28,369 nucleotides of DNA from a virus (Duplodnaviria > Caudoviricetes): IMG/VR virus record IMGVR_UViG_3300020045_011929, positions 1 through 28,369 of that record. One strand, 5' to 3'. The notes below the pieces were generated by a model. It was not told where the DNA came from. It saw only the letters and a program-made list of their open reading frames with translations, and made no database searches. The first letter of the stretch is position 1. Every line of letters begins with the position of its first letter. The translations under genes and the position numbers were made by a program. Positions 5,728 through 15,428 of this stretch are shown here, one piece after another.

Positions 5728-8178
5728 ATGAAAAAACTTATTTTATTTTTAACCTTATTAATTGTAGGCTTCGGAGATAATTTAGATGCCGTGGCTCAAT
5801 ACTCGCCTTCAAATAACTTAAATTATATAAAACTATTAAAAGCACCTCCAATAGGTTCGGTCGAGGACAGCGTGATGGTTTTTGACGGTTCAGATTCGTT
5901 TGTGAAAATGGTTCCGAAATCATCAGTAGTAGCAGGAAAGGAGAATGTTTCTAATAAAACAAGCACTATTACTAATTATTCAGAAACATTGTATCCTAAT
6001 GAAAAAGCGGTTCACGATGGCTTGAATATGAAACTAAACATTTCCGATCTCCCAACTAACTTAACCTTGTATCCAACAACAACAGCAAGCGATATTGGCG
6101 GATATGTGGTAATGGTTACGGATATTCACGATGTCAGATACGATGATCCGGCTGTGGATGTTTCAACCCCAACAATCACGACAACCGACCAATTAGTTTC
6201 GCAAAGAATTTCAGATGCAGGAGTTTTAATTGGACAGCCAGGCGTTTTTAATATTACAACTTTTGGGAATATCCGAAGATTATCAGGAACCGGAACAGCA
6301 ACATTTTATTTTAGAGTTTACCACCGAGACGCTGCGGGAGTCGAAACTTTAATTGGGCAATCTAGCAATAGCGGTATAGTTTCGAGTAGTTCTTATATTG
6401 AATTTACGGCTGCTATGGTTTGGGATGATGGTGACTTTGTCGCAACAGACCGGATTGTAATCAAGACTTACGCTAACAGAATACCCGGTAACTCCGATCC
6501 CGTTTATCAATTTCAGTTTGGCGGTATGATGCCGGTCAGAACGCTACTGCCAGTCCCTTTCTCAGTTGTAGATGCAGGATATGAGGTTAAGACGAATAAA
6601 CAAAACAGTTTGGCATTAGATGGAACTGGGGTAAAGTTTCCTACGGTTGATGCGGTTAACGCAGCCCTGCCTAAAAACTATTCAAAAGTCGTTTATGTAA
6701 ACACAACAAGCCCAATTACGGCAACGATATTTGACGATGAAAACCCGCCAATTACAAATGATGATTTGCTGAAAAACGACGTTAATAATCTTTATATTGG
6801 GACAGATGCAAGTACGTGGGTGTATAACTCGAGTACTTATGTAACTAAGATTGTTCCCGCCACTTCTAATTTTTTTATAGAATACACGTCTATTGATGCC
6901 GGAAATGATAAAAATTCAAATCTATATAGAAATGGAGCAGCATCTTTTGGTAGTTTTCTTAGATCGAACAGGGCTTTAGTTGTAGATCGTGGGGCGTCAG
7001 ACACTTCTACAATAGGTAGTCATTTGAGGTTAATGGATTCGGCATCTACAAGCGGGGGAATGCTTCAACTAAACGCCTCAAACGGTATTGATTTATGGAA
7101 TTATGCCAGCGGTGTTTGGAATAAACGGTTTACTTTTTCTAGTGCAGGGGACTTGACCGCTAAAACATATAATTTTGCTGGCACAACTATTTCTGAGCCA
7201 GAAAATGCAAGCAGTTACACGCAGGTAAAAATACAGCCAACGGATGGCGATAAAGATGCTGTATTCCAATTTGCTCCAAGTGGCACTGCAACGAATTCTG
7301 TTCTTGAATTTTATTCGTCCCCTACTCTTACAGGAATGAATAGAGGAATTATTAAAAATCAAAACGGCAATTTACAATTTGGTAGCGATGGCGCAAATAT
7401 GCCTATTTCATTTATAATGAGCGGAGTTCCAAAAGTAAACATTGCCAGTGATGGTACTGTTTCAGCAACAAACTACACAGGCTCTGCAACCCTAACAGGC
7501 ACACCAACAGCACCAACAGCACCAGTAGGGACAAATACCACGCAGGTTGCTACAACGGCTTTTGTGCAAACTTCGACCGCTTCGGTTGCAAGTGCTGTCT
7601 ATGGTTCGGATGTCTCTTTGAGTTCAGGTCAAAGTCCATATACTCTGCAATTGTCTGACGCAAACGCAAGATTAACGACAAACGGCACTTTTAATCAAAA
7701 CTACTCAATAGTAATTCCAACGAATTCGGTAATACCTTTTCAAGTTGGTACTAAAATACGAATAAATACATCGAGTTCACCAGGAAACACAACTTTGTCT
7801 GGAGTTGGGATCACTTTTTTAGGGGCTAATTTGCAATTGAGGTATGGTGGTTCTTTTAATTTAACTAAAGTAGCTACGGATACTTGGTTTGTCGAACACG
7901 CAAATATTGTGCAGGCAAACTCTGCTGGCAAGATAGCTTCTGCGTCAGATCTAATTTTTAGTGGTGGGTTTGAAGGAACTTTTAACGGAAATTTAGCAGT
8001 TTCTAAGTTTCCTGTTTACACTGTAGCAACATTACCAAGCACATCCCCTTTAGCTGTTACCGGAAACATGGCATACGTAACAGACGCAACTGCACCGACC
8101 TATCTTGGAACATTGACAGGTGGCGGGACGGTAGTTTGTCCAGTTTTTTACAACGGGACAGCGTGGGTTTCACATTAA
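5728..8178 (+). CDS. Tail-fibre/adhesin-like protein with N-terminal Sec-type signal peptide
   Basis: Starts MKKLILFLTLLIVGFG...AVAQ. It is Thr/Ser/Gly-rich, contains the fibre motif LTGTPTAPTAPVGTNTTQVATTAFV and ends VCPVFYNGTAW. Confidence 0.7.
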   Translation: MKKLILFLTLLIVGFGDNLDAVAQYSPSNNLNYIKLLKAPPIGSVEDSVMVFDGSDSFVKMVPKSSVVAGKENVSNKTSTITNYSETLYPNEKAVHDGLNMKLNISDLPTNLTLYPTTTASDIGGYVVMVTDIHDVRYDDPAVDVSTPTITTTDQLVSQRISDAGVLIGQPGVFNITTFGNIRRLSGTGTATFYFRVYHRDAAGVETLIGQSSNSGIVSSSSYIEFTAAMVWDDGDFVATDRIVIKTYANRIPGNSDPVYQFQFGGMMPVRTLLPVPFSVVDAGYEVKTNKQNSLALDGTGVKFPTVDAVNAALPKNYSKVVYVNTTSPITATIFDDENPPITNDDLLKNDVNNLYIGTDASTWVYNSSTYVTKIVPATSNFFIEYTSIDAGNDKNSNLYRNGAASFGSFLRSNRALVVDRGASDTSTIGSHLRLMDSASTSGGMLQLNASNGIDLWNYASGVWNKRFTFSSAGDLTAKTYNFAGTTISEPENASSYTQVKIQPTDGDKDAVFQFAPSGTATNSVLEFYSSPTLTGMNRGIIKNQNGNLQFGSDGANMPISFIMSGVPKVNIASDGTVSATNYTGSATLTGTPTAPTAPVGTNTTQVATTAFVQTSTASVASAVYGSDVSLSSGQSPYTLQLSDANARLTTNGTFNQNYSIVIPTNSVIPFQVGTKIRINTSSSPGNTTLSGVGITFLGANLQLRYGGSFNLTKVATDTWFVEHANIVQANSAGKIASASDLIFSGGFEGTFNGNLAVSKFPVYTVATLPSTSPLAVTGNMAYVTDATAPTYLGTLTGGGTVVCPVFYNGTAWVSH

Positions 8179-8202
8179 ACAGTAACTTTTAAATAAATAA
8201 AT

Positions 8203-8439
8203 ATGAAAACAAGTAATTTCTTAAGCCTGAATTGGCTCGACCTTGGTAAAATGCTTTTGATAGCACTAGGTACATTTTTTCTTAATTGGCTGCAAATGGA
8301 GTTTGTCCCCTTGTTGGACGTATCACCGGAAACAAGAACACTAATCAGTGGGGCGATAGCTTATTTGGCAAAAAATTTCCTTACTAAGTCAGACGCACCA
8401 TTACCATTAGTAGGTGGACGGCCAGATGACCGTAAATAA
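8203..8439 (+). CDS. Small membrane protein, holin candidate
   Basis: 78 aa with two hydrophobic segments and a charged C-terminus. Confidence 0.5.
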   Translation: MKTSNFLSLNWLDLGKMLLIALGTFFLNWLQMEFVPLLDVSPETRTLISGAIAYLAKNFLTKSDAPLPLVGGRPDDRK

Positions 8440-8743
8440 GACCCTTTGGGCGGCTACGATTATTTCGATAGCCGCTTATCAGTTATGGCCAATATGGTCA
8501 AGTGAATTGTTTTTTGTAGGGATAGCTCTTTTTATATTTATAATTGTGGCAGTTATTTTCTATCAAAACCGAAAATTATTCATTTCTTTTTTCTTACTTT
8601 GTATTGCCTTCAATAATTTGTTAGATGAATTATTTTTCGACCCTAAATCGAATGGCATAAACGAAATAGTAATAGTTTTAATTTTGCCAATAGTATGGTA
8701 CTTAAAAATGAGAAGCAATGCCAGAAAGAATTGTAAACAATGA
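8426..8743 (+). CDS. Multi-pass membrane protein
   Basis: The ATG at 8426 (MTVNKTLW...) is a more likely start than the GTG at 8414; about 4 hydrophobic segments. Confidence 0.6.
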   Translation: MTVNKTLWAATIISIAAYQLWPIWSSELFFVGIALFIFIIVAVIFYQNRKLFISFFLLCIAFNNLLDELFFDPKSNGINEIVIVLILPIVWYLKMRSNARKNCKQ

Positions 8744-9077
8744 GTTCTATATTTTTTTGACTAAAATCATATTTCCTGCATTTTTAGCTGTGGGTATTAA
8801 AATAGCAATTGAAATGAAAAAAAATAAATCGAGAGTGAGCTTTTTTAATATATTTTTATCAATGCTCATAGGGGTTGGGGGTGCTTGGCTTTCAAGCGAT
8901 ATAGTTCTTAGGAATTGTGATTCTCAAAATGTTCCAATAGTGATTGCTTTGATTGCTATAACATCTGAAAAAATAGGTGAATTCATAATTTACAAATTAA
9001 ATGTAGATATGTTTTTGACAGCAATTGTAGATGGATTTTTTGAGTATATCAGTAATATTTTTAAAATAAAAAAATAA
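8718..9077 (+). CDS. Membrane protein, holin candidate
   Basis: 119 aa with about 3 hydrophobic segments and a basic C-terminus. Confidence 0.55.
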   Translation: MPERIVNNEFYIFLTKIIFPAFLAVGIKIAIEMKKNKSRVSFFNIFLSMLIGVGGAWLSSDIVLRNCDSQNVPIVIALIAITSEKIGEFIIYKLNVDMFLTAIVDGFFEYISNIFKIKK

Positions 9078-9078
9078 A

Positions 9079-10185
9079 ATGGCATTACCGATTCCAAGTT
9101 TTATCGATAGAAATCCAACGGCAATAATCGCTGAAATGATTGCTGATTATGAAGCACGTACTGGCAGAGCCCTAGAACCTGCACAAGTCGAAACGCTTTT
9201 AATTAACGGTTTTGCGTATCGTGAATTATTACTTAGAAATCAGATTCAAGACGCTTCATTGCAAAATCTTGTAGAATACGCAAGATTTCCAATGTTAGAC
9301 CATTTAGGGGTTTTGGTTGGCGTAACTCGATTGCCTGCCGAACTTGCTGAAACAACGTTATTATTGACACTTGTTTCTGGTCACGGTGATGTGGTAATTC
9401 CTGCTGGTTTGCGTGTCTCATCAACAGATGGACGTGCTGTTTTTGAACTTGTTGAAGACACTTCTGTATTAACTGGAGTCGATACAGTTTCGGCTACATT
9501 TATAGCACAAACGGCTGGTAAATTATCGAATGATTACGCCATTGGAACAATATCGGTAATTTTAGACCCACAACCTTATTTAGCCACGGCATCAAATACC
9601 AGCGTAACTGTTGGAGGTTCTGACGAAGAAGTTGATGAACAATTAAGAGACCGTATAAAATTGGCTCCAAGTGCGTTTTCAAACGCTGGAAGCTACAAGG
9701 CTTATGAATTTTGGGCAAAATCAACTTCACCATTAATTATTGACGTGGCTGTGACAAATCCAATTCCTGGAACTGTTGAAACCTTTCCTTTAATGGCAAA
9801 TTTAGCGACAACACCAACCGAAATTTTAGACGCTGTTTACGCTGTTTTGAATGCAGACCGAATTAGGCCATTGACCGATACTGTTTTGGTAACTTCGCCA
9901 ACGGCTGTAAATACTGCAATTACTGTAGGATTGATTTTATATGACGGTGCTGTTCAGGGTGATATTTTACCGATTGTGCAAGCGAATTTAGAAGCATTTC
10001 GTGATGGTCGCAGAAAATTATTGGGGCAAGATATTGTAATTGACCAGATCAAGGCATTATGTATGGTGGACGGTGTTTATAAAGCAAACGTAACCGTGCC
10101 TGCAAGTGATTTGGTGATTACTGAAACACAATTTGCGAATATTACAACTATTAATGTTACCGTTACAGGTACTAATGTTGGGTAA
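9079..10185 (+). CDS. Baseplate J/gp47 family protein
   Basis: AYRELLLR, LDHLGVLVGVTRL, GGSDEEVDEQLRDRI, SNAGSYKAYEFWA, IRPLTDTV motifs. Confidence 0.93.
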   Translation: MALPIPSFIDRNPTAIIAEMIADYEARTGRALEPAQVETLLINGFAYRELLLRNQIQDASLQNLVEYARFPMLDHLGVLVGVTRLPAELAETTLLLTLVSGHGDVVIPAGLRVSSTDGRAVFELVEDTSVLTGVDTVSATFIAQTAGKLSNDYAIGTISVILDPQPYLATASNTSVTVGGSDEEVDEQLRDRIKLAPSAFSNAGSYKAYEFWAKSTSPLIIDVAVTNPIPGTVETFPLMANLATTPTEILDAVYAVLNADRIRPLTDTVLVTSPTAVNTAITVGLILYDGAVQGDILPIVQANLEAFRDGRRKLLGQDIVIDQIKALCMVDGVYKANVTVPASDLVITETQFANITTINVTVTGTNVG

Positions 10186-10187
10186 TT

Positions 10188-10397
10188 ATGAAAAAGGAAA
10201 GTGTAGATTACGCAGTAAGAAAAGCTAAAGAGAATTTTGATAAATGGAACGAAGTTTCAGGAGTATTCGAACCGTGTTCGGGCAGTTATTCTGAAGTAAT
10301 GGGAATTATAGAAGATTCGGTGCATATAGGTATCCAAATGGCTTTGAAAAATGAAATATTGCGTGACGATGACGGCAATATAAAATACAATGATTAA
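10188..10397 (+). CDS. Hypothetical protein between J and I
   Basis: 69-aa ORF, tightly packed, with its stop overlapping the next start. Confidence 0.6.
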   Translation: MKKESVDYAVRKAKENFDKWNEVSGVFEPCSGSYSEVMGIIEDSVHIGIQMALKNEILRDDDGNIKYND

Positions 10398-11074
10398 TGA
10401 GCCAAACTAACGAAAATATTTTAGCCGATTCAATTGCAGGCGTTCCGCATTTAGCAGCGTTCGACGCTATGTTGGCGGCACGCATGAACACTATTGAATT
10501 GGAATCATTATTGGTTTACGTGATTGATTCAGTTTCGGCTTCGGCACTTCCAAATTTAGCACGTCAATTTGATGTAGAAGGGTTTGTTGGCTACGGAGTC
10601 GCAACCAACGATACGCAACGCAGGGAAATAATTAAACGTGCCATTGAATTGAAACGATATATGGGTACAGTGTACTCAATTCGTGAAGCAATGCGTATAT
10701 GTGGCTACATAGATGCTACATTGACAGAAGGAATTGATATGGGTAATCCATTAATCGATTGGGCAAGATTTTCTATTGACTCAGAATTGGGTGACACGGT
10801 AGGACTGGATGGAGTTTCTCAATCAAATTTAGCGAAATTGATTCGAGAATATAAAAATGTGCGCTCGCACCTTGAGGGCATATCGTATAAATTAGGTATC
10901 TTTGACACGATACCGCCGCTGGACGACATTCTAAATTTAACTTATGAAGCTCCTTCGTTGGATGAAGATTTAGAACACAAATCGTTCTTTTACGACGGTA
11001 CTTATAATTACGATGGAACGAAAAAATATCTTGAATCGAACGACACTTTAATAATTAATATATCAAACGCATAA
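10397..11074 (+). CDS. Tail protein I (P2 gpI-like)
   Basis: ALPNLARQFDV...RREIIKRAIELKRYMGT...IREYKNVRSHL, with C-terminal YDGTYNYDG. Confidence 0.88.
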   Translation: MSQTNENILADSIAGVPHLAAFDAMLAARMNTIELESLLVYVIDSVSASALPNLARQFDVEGFVGYGVATNDTQRREIIKRAIELKRYMGTVYSIREAMRICGYIDATLTEGIDMGNPLIDWARFSIDSELGDTVGLDGVSQSNLAKLIREYKNVRSHLEGISYKLGIFDTIPPLDDILNLTYEAPSLDEDLEHKSFFYDGTYNYDGTKKYLESNDTLIINISNA

Positions 11075-11514
11075 TGAAAGATACAATAGGGAATTTAAAA
11101 GGTTTGTTTTACCTTGAAATTATTTGCGCAAAAACTGGCAAAATTTTAGAAAAATATCAAGACAATAATTTAGTTGTGAATGGCGGTCGTACCGCTGTAA
11201 CTAATTTATTAGGAGCTGCAACCTCTGGGAAGCAATTGACTAAATTATCAGTTGGAACTAACGGAACGGCTCCTGTCGGAACAGATACCGCAATTACAGG
11301 CGCATTTACAAAAACACTCGGAACTGTCACATATCCTACAATATCAAGTGTGAAATTTGACTTCCAATTAGGGGCTGGCGATGCAAATGGAATAGGTATT
11401 CGTGAATTCGGAATAGTTTGTACCGATAACACACTTTTTGCCCGAAAAACAAGGGAACTAATTAATAAAAACGTCGACATCATTTTGAATGGTAGTTGGA
11501 CAATCAGTTTTTAA
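11074..11514 (+). CDS. Tail fibre attachment/collar-like protein
   Basis: NLVVNGGR...VGTNGTAP...DANGIGIREFG...LFARK...WTISF pattern, located after gpI. Confidence 0.7.
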   Translation: MKDTIGNLKGLFYLEIICAKTGKILEKYQDNNLVVNGGRTAVTNLLGAATSGKQLTKLSVGTNGTAPVGTDTAITGAFTKTLGTVTYPTISSVKFDFQLGAGDANGIGIREFGIVCTDNTLFARKTRELINKNVDIILNGSWTISF

Positions 11515-11538
11515 TACTGGATAAATTTAAATTTAATT

Positions 11539-12018
11539 ATGGCAAACGTAACCGAAACATCACAGTGGGTTGGAGGAATTTACCAACTTGAAATAACCGA
11601 TCCGGTAGAGGCTGGAGCAGGAGGAATTTCGAACCTACAATCCAAACAGCTTGGGGATAGAACTAAATGGCTATATGACAAATTAATCCCAAAAAATAAA
11701 GGTTGGTTTTCAGGATTAGACATTAGCGGCTCAGTAGGTAATTTGACCGTCTCAGGAGACGTGACGGCAGCAGTCGCTTCAATTCCTTCTTCAGGAGACA
11801 GTGTAGTTCTTGTAACTATGCTGAACGCAATGCCTAGTATGAATTATAAGGTGAACAAAGAAATTGAGAGTATGTCTACAAGTATAAATAATGACAACGA
11901 CGTTTCTTGTCCTGTCTTTAAAAAAATATCCACGACCCAATTTCAAATGGGATTTAAAGAAGTTGGAACAGTAATTCAGAACTTGAAAATTCATATCGAC
12001 GTTATATCTTTGGACTAA
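11539..12018 (+). CDS. Short tail fibre protein
   Basis: N-terminus MANVTETSQWVGGIYQLEITDPVEAGAGGISNLQSKQLGDRTKWL is the typical myovirus fibre baseplate-anchoring segment; only 159 aa. Confidence 0.75.
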   Translation: MANVTETSQWVGGIYQLEITDPVEAGAGGISNLQSKQLGDRTKWLYDKLIPKNKGWFSGLDISGSVGNLTVSGDVTAAVASIPSSGDSVVLVTMLNAMPSMNYKVNKEIESMSTSINNDNDVSCPVFKKISTTQFQMGFKEVGTVIQNLKIHIDVISLD

Positions 12019-12030
12019 AAAAAAATAATT

Positions 12031-12486
12031 ATGATAACAACGGCTCAAATAATAAAAAAATATGGAAATCCAGATCCAGATGGAAAATATCTGGTAATGA
12101 TTGATTTGCCTTACCCAATGATTTATGACGGGAAAGAGGTTAAAAGAATGCGCTGCCACATATTGGTAGCCGATAATTTCATGGCTGTTTTTGCCGAAAT
12201 TTTAAAAACGTATGGATTAGCTAAAATAAAAGCACTTGGGATAGATAAATTTGGAGGCTGTTTTAATTTTAGAGTTATGCGAGGCGGTTCGGAATATAGC
12301 CGTCATAGTTGGGGTATTGCGATTGATTTAGACCCCGAAAGAAACTTATTGAAAGAAACCTCCAAAACAGCAAGATTCGCACGTCAAGAGTACAAAAAAA
12401 TGATAGATATTTTTTATAAACACGGATTCGTTTCTCTAGGTCGTGAAAAAAATTACGACTGGATGCACTTCGAAATCAAAGAGTAG
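12031..12486 (+). CDS. Endolysin, M15-family Zn peptidase
   Basis: GCFNFR...[11 protein letters not shown] (SxHxxGxAxD) and DWMHFE motifs. Confidence 0.88.
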   Translation: MITTAQIIKKYGNPDPDGKYLVMIDLPYPMIYDGKEVKRMRCHILVADNFMAVFAEILKTYGLAKIKALGIDKFGGCFNFRVMRGGSEYSRHSWGIAIDLDPERNLLKETSKTARFARQEYKKMIDIFYKHGFVSLGREKNYDWMHFEIKE

Positions 12487-12537
12487 TATAAGCGTGGGTG
12501 TAGCTACCACATTAAAAACGTGAGGTGCTTATATTTT

Positions 12538-12566
12538 AAAAACCGATATTTAGTATCGGTTTTTTT
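12538..12566. terminator. Bidirectional terminator between the convergent late and recombination operons
   Basis: AAAAACCGATA-tttag-TATCGGTTTTTTT. Confidence 0.8.
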
Positions 12567-12572
12567 ATACGC

Positions 12573-12597
12573 AAAAAACACGCCCGAAAGCGTGTTT
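12573..12597 (-). terminator. Second terminator for the minus-strand operon
   Basis: AAAAAACACGC-ccgaaa-GCGTGTTT; the A-tract gives a U-tract on the minus strand. Confidence 0.65.
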
Positions 12598-12644
12598 AAT
12601 GACCAAAAAAATATCCAAAACTTATCGGGTGTAAATATATGGAA

Positions 12645-13139
12645 TTATTTTAATTTATTGCGTAAATCCGAAATATTTACCATTAAGGCGGTTGAAACTG
12701 TTGTTGGCAAGAACGGCACGGCTTCTGGAAATTCGATTTCAACTCTTTTGAAGGTTCTTAAATTAAAAACAACATTTTCAATTTCAGCCTTCAATTTGAA
12801 TAATTCCTGTTTTTTATCCTTGATTTTGTTTGCCAATTCAAGCAGTTCTTTTGCATCCAATTCATCTGGAGAAAAACAATTTTTGTAAGCTGGTAATTCT
12901 TTGTTAAAATCCAAAGTTTGCCATTCAAATCCGTTTCCAGTACATTGCAATCCTCTTCTTGTTTTTACATAATCAGGGAATTTTTCAAACAATTGAAGCA
13001 CTTCTTTTGGAACTGTTTTTAAATAAATTTCACTAAATTTATTTTCAAGTTCTTTTTTCAAAGAACTGATTTCTGTATTCTTTTTTCGGGTTAATTGAGC
13101 CGCTACATTTTCAGCAATTTGTTTTGTTATTCTAGACAT
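12645..13139 (-). CDS. Nmad5-like (nucleotide-modification-associated domain 5) protein
   Basis: N-terminal RITKQIAENVA and C-terminal LRTFKRVEIEFPEAVPFLP resemble the Nmad5 pattern. Confidence 0.55.
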   Translation of the reverse strand: MSRITKQIAENVAAQLTRKKNTEISSLKKELENKFSEIYLKTVPKEVLQLFEKFPDYVKTRRGLQCTGNGFEWQTLDFNKELPAYKNCFSPDELDAKELLELANKIKDKKQELFKLKAEIENVVFNLRTFKRVEIEFPEAVPFLPTTVSTALMVNISDLRNKLK

Positions 13140-13166
13140 AGTTTTTTTTATTTATTTAGTTTTTAA

Positions 13167-13883
13167 TTAAAAATCATCTTCTTCCTCGGCAACTTCGGTA
13201 ACAACAGTTTTAGGAACCACGGTTTCAGGTTCCACAACCTCGAAATTTTCATAAACAACGGATTCGGGTTGTTTTTCGGCAACGGTGTTGTTTAGTTTTT
13301 CGATAACTGAATTGTTTGAAGGCATTTCAGTATAACCAACATCCTGCACTTCATCTTGTGACTGTATCCCCATAAGCACGTCAGGGCAGTGTAAACGTCC
13401 AAAAAAAGCGGCTGCACGGTACTGTAGCATAAATTCTGGCATAGTTTTCCATTTAGAGCCTGATTTACTCATCCATCCTTCGGCTGTCGCCATTCCAATT
13501 GAGCATTCAGGACCTTCAATTAGTGTGCCGTCTTGACGCTTTGTGAATGCTCGGCAAGATTGTTTGTCTTGCGAAACTTTGAATTGTAACGGGTCTAAAA
13601 ATCGACCACAAGAGTTAATTAATGCAATTATGAACGAACTGCCCCAACTTGGTTTTCCGTGAATCACGTTCATATTTTGCATGACCATTAAAGGCGACAT
13701 TCCAACACGATTTGACATTTCGAGAGCGACAACGCAGTTTGGCAAATTACCCTGATAGGCAGTTGGAACCATTGTTGATTTGGCCAGCAATCCAGCCATA
13801 CGTTGAGCATGTTCGAATGATTGTGTATTATCGAATACTGATACTTGGTGAGTTGATTGTAAACTCGGTAAATTATTTTCCAT
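13167..13883 (-). CDS. RecT/Redbeta-like single-strand annealing protein
   Basis: STMVPTAYQGNLPNC...MQNMNVIHGKPSW...WKTMPEFMLQYRAAAFFGRLHCPDVLMG; in the same operon as the exonuclease. Confidence 0.8.
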   Translation of the reverse strand: MENNLPSLQSTHQVSVFDNTQSFEHAQRMAGLLAKSTMVPTAYQGNLPNCVVALEMSNRVGMSPLMVMQNMNVIHGKPSWGSSFIIALINSCGRFLDPLQFKVSQDKQSCRAFTKRQDGTLIEGPECSIGMATAEGWMSKSGSKWKTMPEFMLQYRAAAFFGRLHCPDVLMGIQSQDEVQDVGYTEMPSNNSVIEKLNNTVAEKQPESVVYENFEVVEPETVVPKTVVTEVAEEEDDF

Positions 13884-13915
13884 TGATAGGTTTTTAAAAT
13901 TATTGATTATTTTTT

Positions 13916-14326
13916 TTAGAACGGTAAATCGTCGGTTTCTTCTTCAAATACAGTCGTAATTCCATTTACACCAAATGCGCCTTGTGCCGGTGCTTGTGGG
14001 TACGCTGGCTGAGGTGCTGGCGCAGGACTTCCAGGATGCTGATAATTAGGCTGTACTTTCACTATTCGCCAACCTTGAATCGTATTGAAATAAACAGTTT
14101 CTCCTTGTGGATTAATCCACTCACGACCTCTTAAATTGATGTCGATTTTCACAGGGTCGCCAACATTAAAACCTGTCAATAGATTGCATTTATCCTGCAC
14201 AAATTGGATTAAAATGTGTTGTGGATATTGCTCGTCCGTTGTGACAACGCAATCCCGTTTTTGAAATCCTGATGAGCCTACGTCTTTGGTTTCGTCGATC
14301 ATTTTTAAATTTCCTGATACTTCCAT
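13916..14326 (-). CDS. DUF3127 family protein (OB-fold, SSB-like)
   Basis: GFQKRDCVVTTDEQYPQ...INLRGREW...YFNTIQGWRI, a Pro/Gln linker and a DDLPF tail. Confidence 0.85.
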   Translation of the reverse strand: MEVSGNLKMIDETKDVGSSGFQKRDCVVTTDEQYPQHILIQFVQDKCNLLTGFNVGDPVKIDINLRGREWINPQGETVYFNTIQGWRIVKVQPNYQHPGSPAPAPQPAYPQAPAQGAFGVNGITTVFEEETDDLPF

Positions 14327-14329
14327 AAT

Positions 14330-14563
14330 TTATTTGCGTTTCTCGCCAGAATTAATTGATTTATTTTTAATCGTCCAGAAAACACCTGCATTCACGCTAC
14401 CCATTAGCGTTCTGAATGGCCAGCCAATAATAAACGCAGTAGATGTTATTCTATGCCTCCAATATATTGATTTCTGATTAGTCAAAACCATAGCCAATTC
14501 TTGCATATCTGATATTTGATTGTCCAAAACAAAATTTTTCGAAATACTATCGCCTGTTTTCAT
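14330..14563 (-). CDS. Hypothetical protein
   Basis: 77-aa ORF packed 3 nt from both neighbours. Confidence 0.65.
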   Translation of the reverse strand: MKTGDSISKNFVLDNQISDMQELAMVLTNQKSIYWRHRITSTAFIIGWPFRTLMGSVNAGVFWTIKNKSINSGEKRK

Positions 14564-14566
14564 AAC

Positions 14567-15367
14567 TTACTTATTAAATGCCCACGCAGGCAATGATACT
14601 TCACTTATTTTTTCATCATAACCTTGCCAAATTCCATTTTCAAGGCATTTAACGTATGTTTCACAATTTCTCAAATATTCGTCACGTCCTAATTGTCGGC
14701 TTCGATTATCGAGATAATGAATGCCGATTTTGAACGGTTCTGTTTTTTCAATATTCACGAAAACAAATCCAGAACGGTCATTTCCAACCGCCTCCAAACC
14801 GTCAAGATAAAACGGGTCTTGCTTATAGTATTTGTATTCCCATGCCGATTTTCCAAAACCGTTTGGAGTTGCGTCTTCGGTTGTTTTTAAATCCACAACC
14901 AAACCTGAATTATTATCCAGCCAATCAGGACGTATCTTGCAATTTGCACATGTATTCGGTTCCTGAAATTTAAATGTTTGTTCTGCTAAACCGTTTTGGA
15001 ACAATAATTTTGCCGTTGGATGCTTAAATATTGCATCACGCATACGTCTAACGAGGTCGTAATCTTCGGGATCAATTAAAACCTGTCCATTTGAAGCGCA
15101 AGCCTCGGTAAGTGATAGAAATTCAGCTTTACCGATATTTGTCCGTTTATTAATTGCAGGCATCACGACATAAGTTTTTTGAAACTCATTCGGCTCTAAA
15201 ACTGATAAATGCACGGCTGTTCCAAAAATCATATCCTTGGTAGGTACGTTTGGTTCACGTTCTGGACGTAAATAGTGCCACCAGTAATCTAATGGACTTG
15301 ATTCTATTTTATCAAGTCCAGATTTTGAAATACTTGACGTGTCGGAGTGGTATTCGGAGTTGGTCAT
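14567..15367 (-). CDS. RecE/ExoVIII-like PD-(D/E)XK exonuclease (DUF3799-like)
   Basis: YHSDTSSISKSGL, FGTAVH...LEP, CKIRPDWL, VDLKTT, YYKQDPFY. The start is moved to the ATG at 15367 because the listed 15394 start overlaps a promoter element. Confidence 0.88.
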   Translation of the reverse strand: MTNSEYHSDTSSISKSGLDKIESSPLDYWWHYLRPEREPNVPTKDMIFGTAVHLSVLEPNEFQKTYVVMPAINKRTNIGKAEFLSLTEACASNGQVLIDPEDYDLVRRMRDAIFKHPTAKLLFQNGLAEQTFKFQEPNTCANCKIRPDWLDNNSGLVVDLKTTEDATPNGFGKSAWEYKYYKQDPFYLDGLEAVGNDRSGFVFVNIEKTEPFKIGIHYLDNRSRQLGRDEYLRNCETYVKCLENGIWQGYDEKISEVSLPAWAFNK

Positions 15368-15391
15368 AATTTTGATAGTTTTTTGATACTG

Positions 15392-15399
15392 CAAACCTA
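15392..15399 (-). promoter_or_regulatory. Leftward -7 promoter element
   Basis: Minus-strand TAGGTTTG, 24 nt upstream of the exonuclease ATG. Confidence 0.6.
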
Positions 15400-15428
15400 T
15401 AACTAAATTTTCTAATAAAAAAACTTTT

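Noticed and set aside
5728-12018. Diversity-generating retroelement or Gin-type fibre shufflon
   Set aside because: No reverse transcriptase, invertase, template/variable repeat pair or inverted fibre cassette was noticed by eye.
12520-12888. Plus-strand 122-aa ORF
   Set aside because: It runs through two terminators and is antisense to the 12645-13139 gene.
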